NCBI GenBank assembly: GCA_051294375.1 | Contig: CM119263.1 | Span: 19,206,625-19,270,624 of the forward strand | Direction: 5' to 3' | Length of the DNA: 64,000 bases | Origin: Paraspadella gotoi | Lineage: Eukaryota > Animalia > Chaetognatha | In this document: positions 13,501-26,700 of the stretch, piece by piece | How the letters are laid out: every line of letters begins with the position of its first letter | Position numbering within the stretch: position 1 is the first letter of the stretch | Made by a program: the position numbers and the translations under genes | Notes under the pieces: generated by a model | Databases searched by the model: none | What the model was told of the DNA's origin: nothing | What the model saw: only the letters and a program-made list of their open reading frames with translations

Positions 13501-16500
13501 GTTAAAATTTCTTTTTTTTGAATTTTTAAAGTTTATTAGTTTTTAACAGTTGCATAGACCTTTATTCCTCCTTAAAAACGTATTCATTACTACCAAAAAA
13601 ATGGTTAACATTTATTTCTGAGGTCATAAACATCAGCGGTTTGGAAAAACAACTAAACGGAAAATTTGAATTAAGATGATGAAGCATGCATCTTCAAACA
13701 ACGTCTATTTAACAAAAGTACATAAATTTTACATATAAAATATTGAGACATCAGTGCAACTAAATTCATAAAAACAAAATTTTTTAGGCTTTTTTCGCCC
13801 CCTGACTAGGGAGTGAAAAAAGGCCTTGTATCTCCTCACAGGGGTTGAAAATCAAAAATCCCCTCTACAGTTCAATTTGCATAGCCCGAATCTACCTTCA
13901 TGACAAATCTTACTATCAAATTTGATCGTGCAGTTTTTGTGGAACCGATTCTCGGCTCGAAAAACGGCGTATCATTTTTTAATATGAAGCCTTCTGAAGA
14001 CTTCAATAAACCTCCCCCTGCAGTACACACCTTCGCTTTCAGGTGTGACACCCATCTGAAGCAATTGCGCCCTCAAACGTTGGTTTTCATTTCTCAATCG
14101 GTGCAATTCCAGTGCCAAAGGATCCATATTGATAACGGGTTTGTTTTTAATGTTTTTGGCACGATCAGCGTAACGTAGAGTGTTCACGGTTTCCTCCTGT
14201 GAAAGAGAAATAAAAAATTAGAGAATGTTGAATACTGGCGGATAGAATGGCACCCGATTGTACCATGCTGGAGTCCGCCGGAGAGACGCAAGCGATCATT
14301 AGGGTGTTGCTGTTACCACCGAGAGAATCCTGAAGGATTCTCGTCAACTTGGAATCTCTGAAAATGACAAATAATGATTATAAATTTAACATACTTTGAT
14401 ATCGGATTCTTAGTAAAAACAAATAAAATGAGTTGTAAAATGTATACCTGTAGTTGACGTGAGCACCTTTAAGCTTTTCATCTCCCAAAGCTGCAATGAC
14501 GTTACCCAAAGCCAATAGCCCTGACAAATGAAGAAAATAGAACGTTTTCCGAACCAACAAACAGCGAAAGGCACTATAGTAAACTATAAAGATATGAAAT
14601 ATCATTAGTACAAACATTTTTACCTCGGTTTATGTTAACCCCTTCTTTGAATCGGTCGCCCACCGCTTGAGTTTTCTTGGCTCTTTCGGAACCTGAAAAA
14701 AAAAACCCGGTTGTTCCGACTAATGGCGATTTAATTTGCGAGCTCTTTCGCAAACCCTAACTCACTCAGTACTTACCTGCCAAATCTACAAGATGAAATT
14801 TAGATGACATTTTGTCTCTGCCGTCGGGGTCGGCCTTTTTAGCCATGTTGACATTGATGGTAAAGATAGCGTGAGACCTTGAGGATTGATGATTCATCGC
14901 CGTCGCGCCGACCACCCGACCTGCCATTTCGAAAAGCGTCAAACGTTTACGGATCTCGTAATTTTTAATCTATAATCCACTTTGTCGGTCCGTCTGTCCA
15001 CCCCCCACATCTTATCGGTAAATCATTTGGATCATATCAAAACATCGAATAATGATAAATTGGAATNNNNNNNNNNCCACCCCCCAAATCTTATCGGTAA
15101 ATCATTTGGATCATATCAGAACATCGAAATGATAAATTGGAATGAAATTTTGTGTGTGGGTAGGAAAGTGTGTGATTGAGCTGGATATAAAGTTTCGTCG
15201 GAATTGTGCGAGTGGAAATGAGTGAGTGGATATGAGTTTAAATGGAAAAAACAAAAGCCATATTTCCTTAAACCTTTTTGCTAATTCAAACTCATTTCCA
15301 CTCGCACGATTCCGACAAAGCTTTATATCCAGCTCAATCACACACTTTCCTACCCACACACATAATTATTCTAATTGGATGGATTGATTGAGATGAAATT
15401 TTGTGTGTGGGTAAGAAAGTGATTGAGAAGGATATATAAAGTTTTGATGGAATCCAGGAGTGGAAATGAGCTTGCATGGAAAAAACCAAAGTCAAGTTGA
15501 CTTGAATTTTTATTATTTATACTTATTCATAAATGTTTTAATTAATTAAAGAGAAAAAAGACGCAATTTGAAAAAATGATGCAAGTTAAAAAAATTATGC
15601 GAGTTGAAAAAATCATTCAAGTTGAAAAAATAATAATAGTTAAAAAAATTATTTGTACTTTATTGATACCATACTAACATTTCAGTTTAATCCCTTTGAT
15701 TGACCAATTGATTTACATGTATTGGCGCAGCTACTGGTTTGGTATGGTACAATCTGTTATGATCACAAATTGAAAGAATTATTATCGTGATTTATCATCT
15801 GATTAGCTGATTACCGCTTAATTACCGAAGGCAGATCCGACATTGTTTGCTCAAACTTGTTCAACTAAAATTCAACACGAAGCAAAGCGTTTACCAGCGG
15901 AAGCTCGGAGCAGAAGAGACAGTACGTCGGAGGGCGATTCGGCCGGCTCTACCGTCAAACCCGACAAGAGAATCTCCCCGTTATTTTCGCGAATGGTCAC
16001 TACAGGATGTTGACCGTGAAGCTGATATACAGTAGGGATGAAAATATTGGGCACGTAAAATAAAATTAGTGCAACAAATATAATAATCGAGTTGTCTTGC
16101 CCTTGTTTTGTCAACAACAAACGCCTCGGGACGTACCTTGGCAAAGAGATCGTTGATTTCTTCGTTGTACAATTCGAAAAAGGAACAAGTAACGATGGTT
16201 TCCCACACTTGTTCGCGCTCTCGAAAGCCTTCGAAGAGATCGCGCACAACGCGAGGAATCACGCCGATCATCTCACTCACGTCCCCCGTTCCGTCGTCCG
16301 TGGTGAGGGAATCGCCTTAAAAGCGACGTACGTACGTAGTTCAAATCGGTTTCATCCGAAGATTGGGGAAAATGTTTAGTTTTACCAGTTCCCATGGTGA
16401 AAGTTTTTCCACTGCCAGTCTGTCCGTACGCCAATACTGTGGAGTTGTAACCACCATATATTTTTTGGACGAGCGGCTTGACAGCCTGGGGATGAGTAGA

Positions 16501-17056
16501 TAATCGCTTCGTAGAATCTTCTCTTATTCCGAAACTGTCTAAAATTCGGATCTGATCCCAAAACTTACCCTGGTGTACACCTCCTCCTGGGGAGCTTCAG
16601 GTGGCATCACATAGTCGTACGAGAAAGAGTATTTTGTCCCAACTGTCACCTACAATGATTTATTAGAAAGGATTATTAATTTTCTGAATATTACTTAAAT
16701 TTAAACGTTCACAAAACTAATATGTTGGTGCTTAAATCTGAACATTTTTGAACACTTACTAAAATTGAGGATTCGATTATCTATGAATACAATGTCGATG
16801 CAGTTGTGGACAAACGATCAAGAACAGGTAGAAGGCATGACATGTTAATTCGAGGTGTTAAAAATATCAAACAAATGACAATCTCCAAGTTTCGCTGCAG
16901 GCAGACATAGAAGCCGAGGCTTTTTTCTATTGACTCGTCCATTACCTGTTGTTGACCAAGGGGGAAGGAGAGTATTTTTTGACATCCCTCGTTGTGTTCT
17001 CTCGGGACCAGGGGCCTTACCCTGACGGCCACCTGCACGGGACAATCGTCTCCCAT
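7575..17056 (-). CDS. KIF4: Kinesin-4 family chromokinesin (KIF4-like), multi-exon
   Basis: Start [17 protein letters not shown]-loop [63 protein letters not shown]. Long coiled-coil exons. C-terminal Cys-rich domain [28 protein letters not shown] typical of KIF4. Final exon 7575-7808 joins in phase to the 7894-8073 exon. Confidence 0.93.
9212..9278 (-). mobile_element. 5'-truncated copy of the SINE-like element (core + hairpin only)
   Basis: Minus strand reads TAAGAGGGATGGGGCCATAACCC followed by a CCCCC...GGGGG hairpin. Confidence 0.45.
10669..11670 (+). mobile_element. Non-autonomous Helentron/HINE (DINE-1-like) element in a KIF4 intron
   Basis: 5' TTTTTAGTCGGATCTGC...GCAGATCCGAC inverted pair followed by a GTCGGTCC microsatellite. 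3' subterminal GCAGATCCGAC followed by ATTGTTTGCTGAAACTTGTT. T-rich flanks. Confidence 0.7.
12038..12172 (+). mobile_element. Second, divergent copy of the tRNA-headed SINE-like element
   Basis: Shared CATCAGCG start, CATTC..TCCCA, B-box-like GGTTCGCGCCC, core TAAGCGGGACGGGACGTCTAACCC and hairpin CTGTAGT-GGCGG-ACTACAG. Confidence 0.5.
13354..13996. mobile_element. MITE with ~40-bp terminal inverted repeats (Tc1/mariner-like ends) in a KIF4 intron
   Basis: Left CAGAAGGCTTCATATTAGAAAATGATACACCGTTTTTTCGA; right TCGAAAAACGGCGTATCATTTTTTAATATGAAGCCTTCTG. TA precedes the left end; the right flank is AA, so the TSD is imperfect. Confidence 0.8.
14962..15861 (+). mobile_element. Second HINE-like copy in a KIF4 intron; contains an assembly gap (N 15067-15076) and an internal palindrome
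   Basis: CACTTTGTCGGTCCGTCTGTCC near the 5' end. 3' end GCAGATCCGACATTGTTTGCTCAAACTTGTT is almost identical to 11639-11670. Shares TGTGTGGGTAGG..GTGTGTGATTGAGCTGGATAT with 11275-11310. Confidence 0.7.
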
Positions 17057-17733
17057 TACTGAGTAAATAACGGTGATGGCGTAGGAGCAAGTTTTTTTTT
17101 TCGAATTTATTGTCAACGACGCAGAGAGAAATGTACTTTGGCTTTCTCACCAAGCTGGTCGCATTGAAGGCACGCACGGCTACGTTAAAAAATATCAGCA
17201 AGGGTTTAATTCTCAAGCGTTTAATGAAAGTAAGCATTCCGTTGGAATCTAGTTAATCTAATATGTTTTATTACCCGCCAATGGGAATTATTTTCCTTCC
17301 CAAAATAGAACAAAACTAAATATTACAAACCTAAATGATTTTCAACTTTTCACCTTAGCCCAAAAATAGCAGCAAAATCACTTACAGTATTTTAACTTTA
17401 ATCGACGAAAAACAAAGTTTCAATTTCAAATTTAGGAAAAAAAACTACTTCATATTATATACATATTATACAGAGCATACAAAACACGAGTTGAAGCATC
17501 ATTGAGCGTCTTATATTAAGTCATTCGTAGAAACATACAATTAAAAATTTTTGAATTTTTCAAATTTGTCAAACAGAAATAGCTAATTCGATAATTCCAG
17601 TCTGCCACATATTTGAACCGCAATAATCATAAAATTTTACAAAAATAAAAAACAGGATCAGCTTTAACGTTCTTATATTTGTCAGCTTCTTCGGTGAAGC
17701 AAACAAAAATAAACTTTGTCTTTTCGCCCAAGT

Positions 17734-20700
17734 TCACGCCAATTGTAATAAAAATTGCCGAGTGAGTTCGTTCAATTCGTTGATTGCGTGATTCTCAGGA
17801 AGCGGGAGAGATTCGAAGGATGGAAGTATGGAGGCGATGGCGGATACGCCGCAAGAGCCGCCGTTGAAGCCGCGTCCGGCCTCTCGACGTCGTCGCAGAA
17901 GTGACTTCAAGTAACGGGAGCAGTGGCGGGCGATTTCAACTTGAGCCAGGCTGAAATTAAGACGTAAAAAAGTTTTAAAAATTCGAGGTCAAAATTCGAT
18001 TCAATCACAATCCACATACCGATCATAGGAATTAGAACATTTTAAATTAGATATTCGGTTGCAAAGCGAAGCAATTTTAGGTCCGTAAAGCTCGGCCTCG
18101 GATAAAAAATTTCCACCTACAAGTGAAGAATAAAAAATTAATAGTAAGAAATTTAAATTGTAACAACCAATATATTATGAATTGTATTAATAGTATATAT
18201 AAATATCACCCACCGAATACAGTCAATCAAAAGCAGCCGCTGGCCTCACCTTCGTCCAAATTTTTTCGCAGCCAGATGAAGTCAAAAAATATTTGGCCAC
18301 CCACGGGCCAATCATATATGGAGCTGCTTCGATCAGGAACGTTAAGTTCTGAAAGCATCTCGAAAACCTTGTCGTAACGTCCTAATGAAGAAAAGGAGAA
18401 GGGATACATTGGAAGAATGTTATAGAATAAGCATTAGAGCGTAGTGAAAGTCACGTATTAAAATTCTAATTGTCAATTATGAACAACGTACCACCAGTGA
18501 AAATTAATTTATAAAAAAAAAAATCAGTTTAAAATATAAGTTTTTCTAATTTTTGACCAACTTAATGTAAGAATCTTTAAAAAAGAGTTATATTTCTTTT
18601 CGACAACTTTTTATTACGAATCTAAATCTGCAAAAAAATCTGATAAAAAACCAGTTTGAAATTTTAACATTTATAGGGTTAGTACTTAATATAAATATAG
18701 CCTACTGCATAAATTGCAAAAATTCTAATAAATTGTTTTTAAGCATAATGTTCATTTGTACAACGTTGTTCATTTCTCACTTTTAGAATTTTAATTTAAG
18801 TTAAATTAAATCTTTTTATTACGCTTTAATTAGCATATAAAAATAAGCAACTAACCGTTTACAATGGCTCGGGCAGCAAGATATTTGACGATTACGTCGT
18901 GACAGGCGTTCCAAGCCTCTGATTTTAACAAATGATAGGCCTGTAGATCGCGTTCTCTCTCAAAGTCGGCACGAAGAGCCTTGGCTTCATGAATCCACAG
19001 CTGTTACAAATGGAGTTAATGACGTAATGAAATTTAGATAAGCATATGAACTAAATGATATAATGTCCTTTATACAGGCGTAACAGTTACCTGGGGTATT
19101 TTCAAATTCTCAGTCAAAAAAGTTTCTAATCTTCGATCCTCATCCAACGGCAAATATCTAAAAAGGAGGAATAAGATTAAATATTTAATAAGTACATTAG
19201 TACAATCATACATATGAGAGTAAATCACATGACTGAATCATAAGATTAAATGGAAAATATAAAAAAACTATGTCACTATTTAATTATGCTTTTTATTTTT
19301 GAAAAAAAATGTAAATGCAAACGGTAATAATAATAATTAATTAATCAATTAATTATTAAATTAATTAGTTATCTGATCATCTGCCTAAAGTTAATGATCG
19401 TGGTCATTAACGTTTACTATGAATGATCGTGGCATTTTAACTCGCCTCTGCAGCATCTGACGGACAGCATGATTTCGAGATCGGGAATCGGGGTTGTGTT
19501 GCAGCACGAAAACGCTCCAATGCCACAGACCGAGAGACTCGAGCAATGACGCAAAATCAAGGTTCAGCTGAGCGCGGGAGGTTGTGGAGAGGTGGGTGTA
19601 GGAGAGGGAACGTAGCGCTTGGGCTAGGAACCAACTATGAAAAAACCATGGGATTACTTTTGTTTATGTTCCTTCTGGAAATGAAAAGAAAGGACTACCG
19701 TTATAATATTTTTAAAATATATACTATTATATATATATATTACATATATTACATTTGAATATTACATATTAATTTTGAAACAAAAATAACAACAAACAAA
19801 CAAAAGCAACTACCGTACAAAACAGACAAACCTCACCTAACTCTGGAATCTAATGGCAAAGGGGTGTGGGTGGCGGTCGCGAGGACGCGCTCCAACTTGC
19901 AGGCACTTTTGTCCTGAAAAAGGCGCATAAGAAGGAAGCAAGTGTCGAATGCACCAAGAGCCTCGTCATCGTAGACGGAATCTCGTCGCCGTGCCAGGTA
20001 GGGTGGCAAAGGGGGCGCCGCATAGGGAGTGGGACCCTCGAAGGCCGCCGAGTAGAGGGCGATGGCGTCCGACACCCCAGATGTCGAGGGGCAAACATAC
20101 CACAAGTGCAGCGCCAACGCCGTTATCCAATCCGCTTCCTCACAAGGGTTGATCAACGACGTCGATGTCTGACGGAGGTTGAGAATAATTTGATATTAGC
20201 AGAAAACAGAAGATTCGAAGCAAGACTCACTATACAGTGTACAGTGTACACTACCTGCAGCGGGACGCATCCGGAGACCAGAGCGAAAATCTTCAGACGA
20301 TCAATCTGAAAAAATGCGTCGCTGCCATTGGCCGCCCAGTCAGCCACTTGTTGACGAATCATCGACTTGGTAAGTCCATTTCCTCCGATCTAATAATGGA
20401 TTAACGATTAGGCCGTTGCGACGTAACATTGTAAAAAAATATTGATATGGCTTACTTGAGAAACGAGTAGTACCATCCGGTGATCCCCTTGCCGTTGCGC
20501 CTCTTCCAGGGCTTCGGCAACACGGTTCGCGAGCAATAGCGTCAACACCCGCGACACGTCTTTTCCTGACGACGAATCCAACGCTTCGGAGGAGCCAGAA
20601 GCGTGGGTGGCCAACCACGAGGAAAAAGTAGACCGGCGGGCGATGTGGTAAAGGTAGGTGCCGCGTTCTGGGATAAATTAAAAAAAATTCAAATATTATG

Positions 20701-23700
20701 GTGGACTAAAATCCACCAACCGTTCATCAGCGGCCATTGGTGCAGGAGGCAAGTCATTCGCCTCCCAACCCAAAGGTCCGGGGTTCTAGCCCGGTGGTCG
20801 CATAGCAATTAAGAGGGACGGGGCGCTTAACCCGCCTTTAAAACGGTGTTACAGCCTGATCCGAAGCTCAGGGACTGCTTATATTGAACGATTCTGTCAC
20901 TAACTAATAACAATTATTACCGTCTCTTCAATATTTTAAATATTCATTTCTAACTCAAAATAAAATAATGCTCTTCGTCGAAGAATTAGCTATTTAAAAT
21001 ATGATGCAATTTAAAAATCTACGGTGTTTGGTCTCACCATCGGTATGCGAGAGAGTCTCCGGGAGGCATCCGTAGAGAGCGACGAGAAGGCGCCAAATTC
21101 TCAGCGCATGAGTGACGGAATCCACGTCATCGCGATGGGAATTTTCCAGTTCATTGGCGACGAGGTCGGCGTGACCGTGAATCAACTCAATGCCCTCTGA
21201 ATCAAGAGCAGAAATGAAGAAGGAAAGCGGGCGATTACAAGAAGTTAAAATCAAAGAAAATCAGAACTCAGAATGCTTTATCAATCTCTAACAATCGCTC
21301 CCTCCAAACCTTTGGGCTTGAATTCGGGACAAGAGTCCAACATTATCTTCGACGTCATCTCCGAATGCTTGAGTTGCACATCCAACGCTTTTTCTACCGA
21401 TGACACAACACTTCCGTTCTCGGCTGTCACGTGATCAGCTACTCGCAGGGCCCCCACGGTCACCGAAAATGGAGCGGCGGCCGGCGAGTCGGACGACGCC
21501 GCGTGGACAAGCGTCCAAGCGGGGCCCCATCCGACTCTAAAGGAACGACCCATAAAGAAGGCGGCATCCATGATGAGATCCTGTCGATTGTACGTCAAAG
21601 ACTCCTCTTCCTACAATGGGTTCAAGAGTACTTTTATTCATCCGCTAACCATTTGAGACTTTTTTTGGTGACTTACCGGTACCAGAGGATAAATTCTACG
21701 CACCCCGGCGGCCACCCGATCGCTCAACGTCTCCGTTAAACCCGAAGGCAAGATGGGATGATTTTCAAGAATGGGCGAATCCAGATATGAATCGTCGTCT
21801 TTGTGATAAAGGGAAAGCATGTATGTATATTGTATAATGTAGTAATTGTACGCATGTCTTAAATAAAGTGCACAAGCTCAAACAGTAATTTTGAAATTTT
21901 GAAAATAATTTTCAGACAAAATTTTCAAGCATTAATCTAATTCATAACTTAATTCTTTATCTTACCTTCCGCTCTCAGAGTAACGGGAGACGGAAAGGCT
22001 AATGGAGAATCCGTCAAACGGAGAACTTTCGCCGGTGACGAGGCGGAGAGAGGACCTGATGGAGAACATGTTCAGATTTATTACGTCTTACTGCTTTAGG
22101 CTAATTTCTCTCTTTAGTGGTCAAAATCTTGCTCGTCAATTTTAACGTCAACGGATCGAACTTGCCGAAAACATGGCAGCGGCAACTCCAGGGGATGAAG
22201 GTAACCGAGCTATTTTTTGCTATCCTTTAATTTCCTCTCTAAGTTAATCATGATTCTGTTGAATTTGTCGAGAGTTTGTTAACGTACTAAAAAAAATATA
22301 ATCTTAATTGAAGGACGACCATCGGCTGTTCGTTTTCGGTCAAAAGTTGACGTTACGGCCAAATCCTCAAAATCTCTCAAGTCTGGAGCTTCGACAAAAA
22401 TCTCCGCAAGAGCTGGACAGTCGGAGACGGAAGATTTAGACTCGGAGTGGGATAGCGACTTCGATGAAGAATCGTAAGATCAATAGCATCGGAAAGAGAG
22501 AGAACACCAGCCAAAAGAAAAACGCAAACTGAAAAATACTAGCTGACAAAGTTAAATTGTAGCTAACTTGAATCAACTATTGGCTCCTAAACATCTTGGC
22601 AGAGAGGCAGATGAAAATACCTACTTGAGAGAGAAACGAGAGCGGATAGCGGAGAGAAAAAGGCAAAAATTAAAGGAAAGACGCCTGGAACAAATGGACA
22701 TGGACTGCTGTATCAGGTAGAATAGGCGGTTGATATCCAAAGATTTTAACTTTATAACTTGGTTGGTCCTGATTTTTTTATTAACTTGAATCAACTATAA
22801 GGATAGAAAATGCTTCTTACAGGGGTGGGACCTTATATCGAGACAAAATTGAAAAAATAATTACTCTTAGCTTTTAGACGATATATTAATTGTTTTGAAA
22901 TTCTTTGATATTATCCTTTTTTGATGCAGCAAAGTAAAAGGCTCGGTTTTCTCCGCGCGGTTTGGAAGAAAAATATTTGAATATTTATTGTTAAATTTCA
23001 TTCTAATACATAAAAGTAAAAAATATTTTTGGAAGTACTTATTTGTAGTATAATAATGCTTCTGGCAAGGTGTACATGGTATTTTGGTTAAAAAAAATTT
23101 TATGGTAAGCAGGTAAGATTTGGGTAAGTTACTGTTATGGTTTAATTTTATTTTTTAATTTTAATTTAATTTTTAAAAATTACTTTTATCAAGAAATTTA
23201 TTAACGATATTGTCATATAATTAAATTTATATTGTAAGATTTCTTAATGCATAATAAAAGCGTCAAAAAGGTAAGAAATACAAAGTAATTGACAATTTAA
23301 ACATATTCGTAATTATCTTCCTAAAACTTTATTTTACTTACCAGAAAAAAAATTAAATAGGTTTAATTTGGATAGTGATGAAAAGCTTAAAATCAGGTGA
23401 ATTGAAGATAAGACATAACACTGTAAAGTTCAGAAACGACCATTGAAAGATATTAACAAATATTGCTTTTATTGTATGCAATACAATGCGCGCGCATAAA
23501 AATGACTAAATGTTTTGAAAACATCCACGACGCGTTGTAGTTGCTTAAAAATTTACTTTTTTCATTGTATAAAAAAGTAAAATGCCTAAAAAAACTGTTG
23601 CCACTAATTGTATTACTATGTATCAAATCGTTCAGACAGGACAGGACGTTAAGTTTTGTCATGATAGGGTCCCATCCCTGTATAACCTATTTATCATTCT

Positions 23701-26700
23701 AGTGTTTTGTGAACAAAAACCATTCTCTAATGCAGGTTCACGCTCATCCTGCTCTGTCTGGTGGTTTTTTGTGTTGGGGTCTACGTGGAGGGCAGGTGGT
23801 ACATTATTCGAGGTTTGCGGTACGGGAATTCTGACGTGGCCAAGTGGGGTATTTGATATCAAGAAAGAAAGTTTTCTTCATAATATCCAATCAATTACAT
23901 ACAACACTTTTTTAGAAATAAACGAAAATATAGCAATCTCCATCGAATAACGGTATTCCCTGACTTTTATACATTTACCTGTAACGGGTGCCTTGCGAAG
24001 CCGGGATAGCAAAGGAGATGGCGCAATCATGGGCGACATACGTCCCCGCGTTTCATCCTCCATAGTATCGTCATCGACGGCGCCAAAAAAGGACGCCTTC
24101 ATCAGCTGAACTCGTGCAGCGTCTGGACCGACATAGGCAGCTTGAGTGGGCGTCAAAACGTCTGAGGACAAATATGTATACAATTTCAAATACAATAAAA
24201 TTTAAATGAGTTATCCATCGAAGAGTAATTGAAGGTCCAGTGTAGCATTTCTTAGGTAATCAACAAAAAGCCAACATTCCCCCCCAACCTGAATTCTCAT
24301 TGTTCATCTCTTCGTCCGACATCGGCGGAAGACCACCGAGTCCGATCGTTGAAGAATCGATGCGCGATACGGAAGCGTCGACACCGCCCAATCCCACTGC
24401 ACACAATTAGCAGAGCAAATGTAGACACTAGACAACAAACGACAAATAAGACGTTTCAGAGCATCTGATTTACCTGGGGCATCTCCGCCACCAAAAAGGG
24501 AGGCGGAAGATATCGTCGTCGTCATCGTCGTTGTCACCGTAGACGGGTTGGCCATTGTTACGGTGGTAACCGTGGGCATATTTGCAACAGTCTTCAGAGG
24601 TTGCTAGAAAAAAAAACGATGTATTGTTAGATGAAAATTGTATTGAAATGTATTCATTTGAAAAATTGCAGAATTCATTAAATTACCTTGTTCGGGGGTT
24701 GTCTTTGAGTGTTGTCATCGTCTTCGTCGGAATCGTCAAACGCATACTTCGAAAAGTGTTTTACGGAGAAGACCCAAGATCCAGTTTCCGGGCGATATTC
24801 CAGAAACTTAGTGCCCTTCTTGATGCAAGATCTTTCCAGGCGCGAAGAAAAACCCATGCGCGTCAAGCGTTCCGGATCTATAAAAGTCACGCGTAAATTT
24901 AGACAAATTTCAAATCCTTACCTATGATGATTCTCTGCTATACTAACCGGTAATGGGTTCGCGTGTGGTTTTGTCATTGGGATAGACACAATCAAGGGTC
25001 ACTTCCGCGGGCTTGTTGAGGCCTTGGCCCAGTTCCGGCTTGTTTTCTTCATCCACGTAGACTTGAATCTCGTGTCGCCGAAAAAAAATGATCTCGTCCA
25101 GGTTCAGGCCCGTCACATCAGTTTCCCCTTTTCATAAATAAAATAATTTAATCGTTACTAATTTAGGCATTTTTTTAAAAAAAATATTTGTGAAAAAAAT
25201 TTTTGTTTGTCTTCATTTTTTCACCAGGAAAAAAAACTGATCCGTAACCGGCCCGTCCGATAGTCAAGTTGTCCACCACGCATTTGCCATTCCCGTTAGT
25301 CATCTGAGCCAGCTCTTCCATGGAAGGAATGGTGTAGTACTCGTCACGGGTTAGTTGTATTCCAGCAGGGTGAGGCGGAGCCGTCGCGGCTGGCAAAGGA
25401 TCGGGGACACTCGGGCAAGAATCATCTAAAATTGTGGTACCTAACAGAAAAGACCGTTTATTTAATATTTACATATGAACTATTTACGTGTTGCTCATTA
25501 TCAAGCTGAATCTTTACTCACCATTCAGTGAAACGTCCCCGTTTTGTAGGGCTTCGTTGACGGATAGCGAAGTAGACACCACTGGGCCAACGTCTTCCTC
25601 ACTTCGTCGGAGATTTGTTTCGCTGCCGCGGCTGGAGAGGGGAAGGCGTCGTCGAACGGCCACAGGGGTCAGGGACGGGGAAGGTGAACGAAGGCTACGG
25701 CTATGGGGCGAGGCACAGAGGTTACTGAAGGCCAAGGCCACGAGCGAGATTCTTCGGTTGGTTTTACCAATGGTAGGATTCTGTTAAAAACTCTTCTGGC
25801 CTATTAAGTACTCACCCATTCTCTTTGTCTTCAGCGACGCTGACGTCGGCATGGCTTTCATCGAGAGTGAAGTCAACCATCTTCGCTGGAGTCGGCAAGT
25901 GCGTCATCGATTCCAAGCTCGGCGAATCTCCTAGAAAACATTACGCATGTATATTGTATAAATGGGGCTTTGATAACTTGGAATATTAAGATTCACGAGA
26001 ACTATTTCGATTTAAAAGCCATAAATCACCGTTAACGACTGACTCGACGCTGACATCAGGAGAATCTCGCGTACGAAGTCTTCCGGTCGCTCCACGTTTA
26101 GGCAAAACCAGCTTTTTCACACTGAATATAAATTAGAAATAAAATGAGAAAAGCAGATTAGAAAATTTTAGGAAGTACAAGTAGATGATCTAACCTCGAT
26201 CGTGGTGTGTAGCTTAGAGACTTTAGCCACGTCAATTCTTCGTCCTCGAACCCGTCGAATATTTGAGGCTATGTAAAGAGGAAATGTAAAAAATTTAAGG
26301 AAATAAAAAATCATCCGTTCATGACCTGCGTCAAAGCATAAATACCTTTGCGTTTGTCATCGTCAACAGCGGCGTTGGTTTGACCTTTTGACCGCTTCGG
26401 GCGTTTACTTTCATTCCGGTCGCCTGTGACGACATGAGAGCCTTTTGCGCCGAAACGGAAGTTGGCTTTAACAGGGCTTCCCTCGCGGACGGGTCGGATG
26501 ACTAGTGATGAGGGGAAAGAGAAAAAAAAATAGAGGAAGTGGGAGAGATAGAAAGGTCAAAAAAAATTTAATAAAACTCGGTGACATACCTTTGGTAAGT
26601 TTTTAAAAAGAGGAGAATTTCCGTAGGGATATGTATTGACCAACATCAAGATTTGGTGAACGTCTGCGTCCGTACCTAAGAAAATGTTAATAATGTTAAG

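Noticed and set aside
14997-15142. Tandem duplication around the N run
   Set aside because: It flanks an assembly gap (15067-15076) and is probably a contig-overlap artefact.
20730-20802. Functional tRNA-Gly gene
   Set aside because: The anticodon stem does not pair and the T-loop is non-canonical; it is followed by the repeat core shared with other copies.
23659-23862. Minus-strand 67-aa ORF as an extra NUP98 exon
   Set aside because: No suitable acceptor; it is the antisense shadow of the TM exon of nested gene A.
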